Shown: one piece after another, positions 56,138-64,000 of the stretch
How the letters are laid out: each line of letters starts with the position of its first letter
Position numbering within the stretch: position 1 is the stretch's first letter
From: Candidatus Methanomethylophilaceae archaeon
Lineage (GTDB): Archaea > Thermoplasmatota > Thermoplasmata > Methanomassiliicoccales > Methanomethylophilaceae
Reading direction: 5' to 3'
Length of the DNA: 64,000 bases
Assembly: GCA_050944155.1 (NCBI GenBank)
Contig: JBMNQN010000001.1
Location: 79,409-143,408 of the forward strand
Made by a program: the position numbers and the translations under genes
Notes under the pieces: generated by a model
Databases searched by the model: none
Told to the model about the DNA's origin: nothing
Seen by the model: the letters and a program-made list of their open reading frames with translations, nothing else

Positions 56138-57216
56138 TGTTCAAATACAGAGAAGAAGAAACTGCCAAAAGAATCGTCAGCGGAATAAAGGGTCTGAACG
56201 TCGAGTGCAAACTTATGCACATATGCGGGACCCACCAGGATACGATAGTCCGTTTCGGCCTGGACCAGATGCTGGAAGACGCCGGAATCGAAATACAGCA
56301 GGGCCCGGGATGCCCGGTGTGCGTAACCACGTCCAAAGAAATCGCGGAAATAATCACACTGGCCAAAAACGGAATCACCGTGACGGCTTTCGGCGATATG
56401 ATGCGCGTCCCCACTCCGATAGGATCTCTTTTCGAAGCCAAAGCCGCAGGTGCCGACGTCCGCATAGTATATTCCATAGAAGACGCCGTCAAAATGGCGG
56501 AGGCCCAGGAAAAACCTCTGGTTTTCGCCACTGCGGGATTCGAAACCACCGCGCCTTCCACCTGCGTTCCCCTGAACAGGGAAAACCTTCCGAAAAATTT
56601 CTCCGTATACAGCTGCCACAGAGTCTGCCCTCCGATAATACAGGCTCTGCTGGATATGGGCGAAAACAGAATCGACGGATTCATCATGCCCGGACACGTG
56701 GCGGTAATAACCGGGGCGGAAATGTTCCGTCCGTTTTCGGAAAAGTACGGAATTCCCCAGGTGATAGCCGGATTCGAGCCCCTTGACGTTCTGATGTCCT
56801 GTTACATGCTCGCGAAACAGATTTCGGAAGGGCGTCACGAGGTCGAAAACGAATACAAACGTCTGGTGAGAGAACACGGCAATCAGAAAGCCAAAGAACT
56901 CATGGACCGCACCTACGACCTTGCGGACAGAACCTGGAGGGGATTCCCGGTCATAAAGAAAAGCGCCCTGGAGCTCAAGCCCGAATATTCGGACAGGGAC
57001 GCGACCAAAGTCCACGAAGACATCATCGCAAAGACTCCCGAGGTGGAAGAAGAAGCCAAGGGATGCAGATGCGGAGAAGTTCTGCGCGGTCTTCTGAAAT
57101 CCGAAGAGTGTCCCATGTTCGGAAAAATATGCAAACCCAGCAGTCCCAGCGGGCCCTGCATGGTCTCCGCCGAAGGAAGCTGCAACATAGCCTACAGATT
57201 CTCTGGAAAAAGGTGA
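56137..57216 (+). CDS. hypD: Hydrogenase formation protein HypD
   Basis: CGTH, GPGCPVC, GFETT, PGHV and GPCMVSAEGSC motifs. Confidence 0.97.
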   Translation: MFKYREEETAKRIVSGIKGLNVECKLMHICGTHQDTIVRFGLDQMLEDAGIEIQQGPGCPVCVTTSKEIAEIITLAKNGITVTAFGDMMRVPTPIGSLFEAKAAGADVRIVYSIEDAVKMAEAQEKPLVFATAGFETTAPSTCVPLNRENLPKNFSVYSCHRVCPPIIQALLDMGENRIDGFIMPGHVAVITGAEMFRPFSEKYGIPQVIAGFEPLDVLMSCYMLAKQISEGRHEVENEYKRLVREHGNQKAKELMDRTYDLADRTWRGFPVIKKSALELKPEYSDRDATKVHEDIIAKTPEVEEEAKGCRCGEVLRGLLKSEECPMFGKICKPSSPSGPCMVSAEGSCNIAYRFSGKR

Positions 57217-57220
57217 AAAA

Positions 57221-57775
57221 ATGGAACCCATACCCGCGCCGCCCAGCGGCAAGAAAAGCGTACTGATTGTGACCAACGATTCGGGGGTTTTCCTCAGCAA
57301 TAAGCTGGAGGCGGCCAAAGATCTGTTCGGGGGAAGATTCACGGAAGTGAAAAACTTCTACGAAAAAATCGATTCCGAATTCGGAGACGGAGGAACCAAA
57401 GAGCTTACGGTTTCTTTCGCCGTAATCTCCACGCTGTTCGGATTCGTTCCGGGCAACTACATGGTGAGCAAATACTCCTATGTGATGGAAAACAAGGAAC
57501 AGTATCTCGCGGCTCAGGAGAGGAAGGATTACGCCGGAATCATGGGTTACATCTCCAACGCTTACGACCTGGTCATCGTCTGCGTTCCCAAAGAGATGTT
57601 CAGGATTCTGGCGGAAAAAGGAGCCCTCATAGAGGGAAAAACCGCAGCCGTCACCGCAAAAGAATTCGAGCCCATGTGTAAAGAAAACGGATGGACGTTC
57701 CTGGAAAGGAAAGGTGCCAGAATCGGAAAAGAGAACGCCGAAAAGCTGCACGGGCTTATTGCGGCTCTCGTCTGA
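57221..57775 (+). CDS. Hypothetical protein, weak resemblance to DUF6884/YaaA-like fold
   Basis: AAKDLFGGRF and VISTLFGFV...KY echo the A.dLY.G and IlSa.yGl motifs; GGTGA SD. Confidence 0.6.
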   Translation: MEPIPAPPSGKKSVLIVTNDSGVFLSNKLEAAKDLFGGRFTEVKNFYEKIDSEFGDGGTKELTVSFAVISTLFGFVPGNYMVSKYSYVMENKEQYLAAQERKDYAGIMGYISNAYDLVIVCVPKEMFRILAEKGALIEGKTAAVTAKEFEPMCKENGWTFLERKGARIGKENAEKLHGLIAALV

Positions 57776-58439
57776 AGGACTTAACGAGTTCTTTGGTCTC
57801 TCCGCTCACTCTGCGGGATTCGGTTATCTTCCGTACGGCCAGGTTCTGGATTTTCGGGTCCATATTACCGCTCAGGAACGCTTTGGACGTTTCTTCCGGG
57901 TAATCTATGTAGCAGTACGACAGCGCCCACGCCGTTCCCATGCTGCCGTAATAGCCTGCGTGCTTCACGGACGAGAGATGTGCCAGCACTCCGTTTATGT
58001 GTCCGGCGTCTATGAAGTTGTACAGCATCATCACGGCTCCGATCCTTACGGGAAATTCCTCTCCCGTCTCCAGCATTTCGGTGCAGAATTCCCATAAACC
58101 GTCTTTCGATCCGCCGTCAGCTTTCCAGTCTCCGCAGAGACTGTCGCAGACCGCCCAGTTATCGACGGAAGGGACGAATTCTCTCGTAAGTCCGATACGT
58201 TCTTCGGAGGACATATCCGCTCCGGCAATCACGAACGCACGGAGCATGTCCTCTTCGAAACATTCCGATTCTTCCTCAAGGAAAGAGTGCCAGTCGTTCT
58301 TCATGATACGGGATGCAATCTTTCTGAGCTTCGGGATTCTCACCCCCAGAATGTCTTCCCTTCCCGGAATCAGCTTCATACTGAATTCCCTGTATTTAGG
58401 ATCGGCAAGCTCCTCCAGTTCTTTTTTCAGGGACGTCAT
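57756..58439 (-). CDS. AlkD-like DNA alkylation repair protein
   Basis: LGVRIPKLRKIA, VDNWAVCD and YYGSMGTAWALS motifs. Confidence 0.9.
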   Translation of the reverse strand: MTSLKKELEELADPKYREFSMKLIPGREDILGVRIPKLRKIASRIMKNDWHSFLEEESECFEEDMLRAFVIAGADMSSEERIGLTREFVPSVDNWAVCDSLCGDWKADGGSKDGLWEFCTEMLETGEEFPVRIGAVMMLYNFIDAGHINGVLAHLSSVKHAGYYGSMGTAWALSYCYIDYPEETSKAFLSGNMDPKIQNLAVRKITESRRVSGETKELVKSFRREPQ

Positions 58440-58912
58440 GCGAATTTCTCCTCAAGTGCCAGCAGTCTGTATTTCATCTGACTTCCTCCGCCGTAGAAAC
58501 CCACCCCTCCGGACGAAGGTACTACGCGGTGGCAGGGTATGAAAATGGGAATTGGATTTTTGCCGCAGGCCGTTCCGGCGGCGCGGTACGCTTTGAGATT
58601 TCCCGAACGTTTCGCAAGTTCGGAATACGTTATCGTTTCCCCGTAAGGAATTTTGGATATTTCTTTCCAGACGGAAGAGGCGAACTCCGTCCCTTCGGCA
58701 CGCAGCGGAAGACAGAATTTTTTTCTTCTTCCGGAAACGTATTCTTCCAGCTGTCCTCCCGCTTCCGCGATAATCTCGGTCTCCTTTACGCATGCAACCG
58801 GAAGATTGCAGGAAGGAAGATACAGACCCGTAATGTTTCCCTCTCCGTCTTCAGTGATGCTGATTTTTCCGATGAGCGTGACGTAAGTGAATATGTACTC
58901 CGTTTCCGCCAT
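58436..58912 (-). CDS. ogt: Methylated-DNA--protein-cysteine methyltransferase
   Basis: IPYGETITYSELA, RAAGTACGKNP and PCHRV motifs. Confidence 0.96.
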   Translation of the reverse strand: MAETEYIFTYVTLIGKISITEDGEGNITGLYLPSCNLPVACVKETEIIAEAGGQLEEYVSGRRKKFCLPLRAEGTEFASSVWKEISKIPYGETITYSELAKRSGNLKAYRAAGTACGKNPIPIFIPCHRVVPSSGGVGFYGGGSQMKYRLLALEEKFA

Positions 58913-58949
58913 AATGAAGGTTTATCTTTTACGTTCGTAATTATGTTTC

Positions 58950-59864
58950 GTGATAATCTGCGCAAGCAGGAGAACCGACATACCCGCATTCCACTCCGAA
59001 TGGATGATGAACCGGCTTCGGGCGGGATACGCTCTCGTGCGCAATCCGGTCTGCGAAGAAACCGTTTATAGGGTCGATCTGAATCCGAACGGCGTCGGAT
59101 GCATATACTTCATGACGAAAAATCCGGAACCGATGATCCGGCATCTGGACGAAATAGAAGATCTGGGACATAAAGCGATGTTTCAGATTACCGTCACGCC
59201 TTACGGAAAAGAGATCGAGCCCGGAGTTCCCGATAAAGGAAAGGTTGCCGATTCTCTGAAGGAAGTCTCGGAAATCCTCGGAAAAAAGAGAGTAGTGTGG
59301 AGGTACGATCCCGTGTTTTTCGACGGAAGACACAGCATGAAGTATCACGAAAGGAAATTCAGGTTATTCTGCAGCGAATTTTCCGGATACACGGAAAGAT
59401 GCATTTTCGGTTTCCTTGACGTTTATTCCAAATTCAACAGATTCGGAGGGCCGAGGTTTTCCGTTCCGTCTCCCATGCAGCGGGAGGATTTCATGAGGTT
59501 TGCGGGATCCGTTGCCAAAGAATACGGAATAAAGCCCACGTGCTGTCTGTCCGGAGGCAGACCCGAATACGGAATCGGCGGCGAACCGTGCATCGACGGG
59601 GATACCCTGCGTTCCCTGAGCATACCTTACGACGGCACCCCGGGACGTCTCAGGGACGGGTGCGGATGCATCAGAAACATCGACGTGGGGGCGTACGACA
59701 CCTGCATGCACGACTGCGTCTACTGCTACGCGAATTCCGTATCTAGGAAAGGACGTTCCCTGAAGGAATACGACCCGAAGTCCGAGATTCTTTTCGGGCG
59801 GGTGTCCGAAGACACGGATACAGTTCCGATAACGGACAGACGTTCAAGACTGGGGGACTTCTGA
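58950..59864 (+). CDS. DUF1848 family protein
   Basis: MIICASRRTDIPAF, WRYDP and DVGAYDTCMHDCVYCYAN motifs. Confidence 0.92.
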   Translation: MIICASRRTDIPAFHSEWMMNRLRAGYALVRNPVCEETVYRVDLNPNGVGCIYFMTKNPEPMIRHLDEIEDLGHKAMFQITVTPYGKEIEPGVPDKGKVADSLKEVSEILGKKRVVWRYDPVFFDGRHSMKYHERKFRLFCSEFSGYTERCIFGFLDVYSKFNRFGGPRFSVPSPMQREDFMRFAGSVAKEYGIKPTCCLSGGRPEYGIGGEPCIDGDTLRSLSIPYDGTPGRLRDGCGCIRNIDVGAYDTCMHDCVYCYANSVSRKGRSLKEYDPKSEILFGRVSEDTDTVPITDRRSRLGDF

Positions 59865-60824
59865 CCCTTCTCTTTCCAGTTCTCTTTTCATTCTTCTCTT
59901 GGAGAACAAATACGAATCCATGAACACGACCCAGCAGATTTCTATCACGATGGACGTGGCTATGGCGACCATGGCCATTCCTATGGCCGGACCTTTGAGA
60001 ACGGCAACGCACATAGCTATGGCGATGCCCTTGTTGCGGTAGGAAACCATCAGCACGTCGGTGACTCTCTGGGACCAGGGAATCCCTATTTTCTTTTCCG
60101 AAAGCTCCACTCCCAGCCCGAGACCCAGAGTTCTCAGCGCGGCAATCAGAGCGAAAAGAACCAGAGGGGTGGCTTCGGAGGGGAATATGGTGGCCCCCAC
60201 AGAAAGAATCACGAGGAACGATATGAAAAGATTCATCATTATCGACATGGTGGCTCTTTCGATCTTCACCTTTGTCAGAAGTCTTGAGAGAACCAGCGGG
60301 ACCCCGATTATTTCCACCACGGTTATTACCACGTCTTTCATTTCGACGGATTCGCCCAGCAGGGCGTAAATCACCAGGGGAATCCATGCCAGGGATATGA
60401 CGTAAACGATTATCGTTCCCCTTGCGGCATGTTCCATATCCCCCCTGAGTATGTACGAAAGGGGAACCACCGAAGCGGCGAAGGGAGCTGCGGCGACGAA
60501 AACCAAACCTACGGCGTACTGCGACCAGGAAGTGTTCTTCATGAGAAGGTATCCCGCAATCGGAATGGACGCGGCGACGAATATTCCCAGAATCACGGCT
60601 CTGAGCACCGACTTACGGTGGGTAATCGGATTCAGATTTTTGTACGGAATTCTGGAGAGGGATACGGTCATCATCGTGGCAAGAATGAAAACCGTCAGAT
60701 TCGCTCTGCGCTTGGCATTAAGTATTTCGTCCGGAAAATATCCGGAAACGTTCAGAATCAAAGCAAAAATCATCGAAACGGAAAGCATCGCAGCGCTGCT
60801 TGCTAAAAAATCCTTGGCTTTCAT
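59844..60824 (-). CDS. BASS/bile-acid:Na+ symporter-like transporter
   Basis: About 10 TM segments; GLVFVAAAPFAAS....SYILRGD and RNKGIAIA motifs. Confidence 0.75.
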   Translation of the reverse strand: MKAKDFLASSAAMLSVSMIFALILNVSGYFPDEILNAKRRANLTVFILATMMTVSLSRIPYKNLNPITHRKSVLRAVILGIFVAASIPIAGYLLMKNTSWSQYAVGLVFVAAAPFAASVVPLSYILRGDMEHAARGTIIVYVISLAWIPLVIYALLGESVEMKDVVITVVEIIGVPLVLSRLLTKVKIERATMSIMMNLFISFLVILSVGATIFPSEATPLVLFALIAALRTLGLGLGVELSEKKIGIPWSQRVTDVLMVSYRNKGIAIAMCVAVLKGPAIGMAMVAIATSIVIEICWVVFMDSYLFSKRRMKRELEREGSEVPQS

Positions 60825-60854
60825 TAACCTGAACCATAGTTAACATTATCTAAA

Positions 60855-61793
60855 ATGATTATGTTCGAATATCCCGTGTCAGGAGTGGCTCCGGTAAAGG
60901 CCGGATGGTACAATGCGTTCAGACCCTGGACGCTTCACGGTGCGATAGTACCCGTACTTCTCGGAGGCGCGGTCGCTCTGAAAAACGAAGTTTTCACCCT
61001 TTGGGTTTTTCTGCTCGTTATGGCCGGAGGCATACTTCTGCAGTCCGCAGCTAACCTTCTGAACACCTACGGAGACTTCGTAAAAGGAACCGATACCGAA
61101 GAAAACCATACAAGATCTCCGGAACTCGTTACCGGAAAACTGAAACCGAAGGAAGTTTTCCTGGCGGGTCTGGCATGTCTCGGAATAACCGCACTGATTG
61201 GTGTCGCTCTGATATGGCATATAGGGTGGGGCATTCTGATTTTCGGTCTGCTGGGTATATTCGGCGCGGGAACGTACACGGTGGGCATTTCGTACAAATA
61301 CATGGCGATGGGGCAGCTGAGCACGTTCTTCCTGATGGGAATACTGATGCCCGCCGGAACGTATTATTCGATGGCTGGCACGGTACCGTTGGAAGTCGTT
61401 CTGCTGGGTCTTCCCAACGCGTTCATGATAACGGGGGTTCTGAGCGGAAACGAAACCAGAGATTACCACTCAGACAAAGAAGCGGGCGCGAGAACCTTTT
61501 CCGGTCTGATGAGTTATGAAAATTCGTTGAGATATTACCGTGCCATAAACGCCGTCGGATATCCGATTCTTATCCTTTTGATAGCATCGAAAACGATTCC
61601 TTGGGCATCCGCAATCGCATTGCTGGCACTTGTCGATTATCGCAGACTTTACATCGCTTCCAAAAACGCTCCTACGGACAGCAAAGCAAGCTTTATGCTG
61701 GTTCCCGAAGCCTTCAGAAACAATTGGCACTTCGGGGTGCTTCTGACGGCAGGTTATTTAATAGGGACGTTTCTGATTCCGGGGTTGATCTGA
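60855..61793 (+). CDS. menA: MenA/UBIAD1-type prenyltransferase (DHNA polyprenyltransferase-like)
   Basis: RPWTL, NLLNTYGDFVKGTD, YKYMAMG and NETRDYHSDKEAGART motifs. Start may be ATG 60861. Confidence 0.85.
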   Translation: MIMFEYPVSGVAPVKAGWYNAFRPWTLHGAIVPVLLGGAVALKNEVFTLWVFLLVMAGGILLQSAANLLNTYGDFVKGTDTEENHTRSPELVTGKLKPKEVFLAGLACLGITALIGVALIWHIGWGILIFGLLGIFGAGTYTVGISYKYMAMGQLSTFFLMGILMPAGTYYSMAGTVPLEVVLLGLPNAFMITGVLSGNETRDYHSDKEAGARTFSGLMSYENSLRYYRAINAVGYPILILLIASKTIPWASAIALLALVDYRRLYIASKNAPTDSKASFMLVPEAFRNNWHFGVLLTAGYLIGTFLIPGLI

Positions 61794-62542
61794 TGCAGGA
61801 AAACAAACAGCTGGGAAACCAATTCGAAGGAAAAGACGCTTACGTCAAAGACGTTTTCACCGAAATCGCAGAGTATTACGATGAAATGAACGACATCATG
61901 TCCATGGGCATGATTCAGCGCTGGCACAGATTCATGATGAAAAAACTGGGCGATATTTCCGGCGGAAAATGCCTGGACGCGGGAGCGGGAACCGGAGAAA
62001 TATCCTTCCATCTCGCGGAGAAAGTCGGACCGGAAGGGAGCGTTACGGCACTGGACATAACCCCGGCCATGCTGGTTCTGGCAGAAAAGAAAGCCGCCGA
62101 AAAGACGCTTCCGATCAAAATCGATTTCGTAACCGGCGATGCTCTGAATATGGAATTCGAAGACGAAACCTTCGACGCGGTGACGTCCGGATACATGCTC
62201 AGAAACGTTACCGACATACCGAAAGCGGTGAGCGAAATGTACCGGGTTCTCAAGACGGGGGGAGTCTGCGCCGTGGCGGAACTGGCGAAACCCGACAACC
62301 GTCTGGTCCGTCCCTTTTACAATTTCTACATGAACCGTATCATTCCCCGCCACGGGAGAAAGTACGACAAAGGACAGTCCATCGACGGAAGGGAACCGGC
62401 GTACGATTGGCTGACCGCGTCTATAGAGGGATTCCCCTACGGAAAGGCGATGGCGGAAATATTCCGCCAAGCCGGATTCCGGGAAGTGGAATATTATTCC
62501 AAAACCTTCGGCGCGGTCAACATCTACGTGGCAAAGAAGTGA
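61793..62542 (+). CDS. menG: MenG/UbiE-type SAM-dependent C-methyltransferase
   Basis: VFTEIAEYYDEMNDIMSMG..W, LDAGAGTG, LRNV.D and EMYRVLK.GG motifs; TGATG-coupled to menA. Confidence 0.88.
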   Translation: MQENKQLGNQFEGKDAYVKDVFTEIAEYYDEMNDIMSMGMIQRWHRFMMKKLGDISGGKCLDAGAGTGEISFHLAEKVGPEGSVTALDITPAMLVLAEKKAAEKTLPIKIDFVTGDALNMEFEDETFDAVTSGYMLRNVTDIPKAVSEMYRVLKTGGVCAVAELAKPDNRLVRPFYNFYMNRIIPRHGRKYDKGQSIDGREPAYDWLTASIEGFPYGKAMAEIFRQAGFREVEYYSKTFGAVNIYVAKK

Positions 62543-63955
62543 TCAGGGTTTGCTTTTGGCGCTTCCGTAGAACGCTTTGATTGCTTTGTAAAGCATGTAC
62601 ACGTCCGCTTTCGAAGTCACTTCCAGGGGTGCGTGCATGGACAGGACGGGAACGCCCATGTCCACGGTGTCGAGGTTGTGAAGGGAGATTTCGGAAGCTA
62701 TGGTTCCGCCTCCTCCCGCTTCGATCTTTCCCAGTTCTCCCACCTGCCAGGGCACGTTCGCTTCGTCGAGAATGCTTCCCAGGAAACTCATGGTTTCGGC
62801 GGAGGCGTCGTTGGTGGAGTATTTTCCTCCGGCTCCGGTGTATTTGGAAACGACCGGACCGCGTCCCAGGTAGGAACAGTTGGTGGGTTCGAACACGTCC
62901 ATGAAAGCGGGATCTATGGCTGCGTTCACGTCGCAGGAGAGACAGACGGACCTCTGAAGGATGTGGCGCACTTTAAGTCCGTAAGTATCGGCAAGGTCTT
63001 CCATGAAGTCCCTGAAGAAGAACGACCTCATTCCGGTGTTTCCGTCCGAACCCGTTTCTTCCTTGTCGGCGAAAACCGTGAGAGTGGTGTACTCCGGATC
63101 TACGGTTTCTATTTCCGCCGCGAGAGACGCGTATGCGCACACGCTGTCGTCCTGTCCGTACGCTCCTATCATGGATCTGTCGAGACCGAAATCCATGGGT
63201 TTTGCCGAGGGAACCGCACAGAGTTCGGCGGTAAGAAAGTCTTTTTCGGTGATTCCGTACTTTTCGGAAAGGATGTTCATCACGTTCAGTTTCACTTTGT
63301 CGGAAATCTTTTCGTCGTCGTAGGGCCAGGAACCCACCAGAACGTTCAGGTTTTCGGGATTGAACGCTTCCGAAACAGGCTGTTTCATCTGGTTCCTTGC
63401 GAGGTGGGGAAGCAGATCGGTAACGCAGAACTGAGGTTCGCCGTCGGCCTCGCCTATGCAGACTTTGACCTTTCTGCCGTCTTTGAGGCATACGACTCCG
63501 CGTATGGAAAGGGGAATCGCGAACCACTGGTACTTCTTTATGCCTCCGTAGTAGTGGGTTTTGAAGTAAGCCATTCCGGTGCTTTCGAAAAGGGGATTGG
63601 GTTTGAAATCCAGACGGGGGCTGTCGATGTGGCTTACGCCTATGCGCAGTCCTTCGGAAATCGGTTTCTTTCCCACCGTAACCATAAGAAGGCTCTTCCC
63701 GCGGTTGTTCATGTAGAATTTGTTGCCGGGTTTGTACTTCTTTCCTCTTACGTATTCCGTGTATCCTTTGCTTTCCAGCAGAGGCACGGTGTAGTCGACG
63801 ACTTCGCGTTCGGTCTTGCAGCCGAGGAATTTTTTGTACCCTTCGCAGAATTCGGACGCTTCGGCCATCATCGAATGATCGATTTCGCCGAGGCTCTTGG
63901 GTTTTATGAGAATTTCTTCCGCCAGTTTCTGGCCTTTGGTTTTTTCTTCTTCCAT
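62543..63955 (-). CDS. M18 family aminopeptidase
   Basis: HIDSPRLD, THYYGGIKKYQW, GQDD, DKEETGS, GGGTIA and LSMHAP motifs. Confidence 0.92.
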   Translation of the reverse strand: MEEEKTKGQKLAEEILIKPKSLGEIDHSMMAEASEFCEGYKKFLGCKTEREVVDYTVPLLESKGYTEYVRGKKYKPGNKFYMNNRGKSLLMVTVGKKPISEGLRIGVSHIDSPRLDFKPNPLFESTGMAYFKTHYYGGIKKYQWFAIPLSIRGVVCLKDGRKVKVCIGEADGEPQFCVTDLLPHLARNQMKQPVSEAFNPENLNVLVGSWPYDDEKISDKVKLNVMNILSEKYGITEKDFLTAELCAVPSAKPMDFGLDRSMIGAYGQDDSVCAYASLAAEIETVDPEYTTLTVFADKEETGSDGNTGMRSFFFRDFMEDLADTYGLKVRHILQRSVCLSCDVNAAIDPAFMDVFEPTNCSYLGRGPVVSKYTGAGGKYSTNDASAETMSFLGSILDEANVPWQVGELGKIEAGGGGTIASEISLHNLDTVDMGVPVLSMHAPLEVTSKADVYMLYKAIKAFYGSAKSKP

Positions 63956-64000
63956 GCGGGACCGCATGGTCTCCTCGGTACTTGATTTTTATTCGGATTT

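Noticed and set aside
1-64000. Pyrrolysine-containing (TAG-interrupted) or frameshifted genes
   Set aside because: All recognisable genes appear full-length, and I found no ORF pair joined across a TAG or a slippery site by eye.

Overview
A gene-dense core-genome segment of an archaeon, most likely order Methanomassiliicoccales (Thermoplasmatota). The assignment rests on archaeal information genes (Cbf5, aRF1, eS1, eL37, eL40, eL41, Sm, Dtd2, PurP, PdaD, PAC2), hdrCB with hydrogenase maturation genes (hypA, hypD, protease, nikR), folC, and a gut-type BspA/Listeria-Bacteroides-repeat adhesin. I call about 69 CDS and 6 tRNAs, 3 of them with introns. I found no CRISPR array, IS element, integrase or provirus. 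Main signals: (1) a tRNA-Arg(UCU) gene split in its T-loop (59/60) by a 27-nt intron with a perfect bulge-helix-bulge. It heads an apparent tRNA-Arg / rpl41e / tRNA-Trp unit in which an Arg/Trp-rich mini-gene lies between the two intron-containing tRNAs that read its codons. (2) Two pyrimidine genes (pyrH, pyrC) whose Shine-Dalgarno geometry points at non-canonical ACG and GCG starts. (3) No TAG stop codon in any called CDS, consistent with amber being used for pyrrolysine. (4) A menA-menG pair with a divergent symporter in a lineage generally described as lacking membrane electron carriers. (5) Small ORFs and structured intergenic RNAs missed by the ORF track. All product calls come from recognising motifs by eye; no database was searched.
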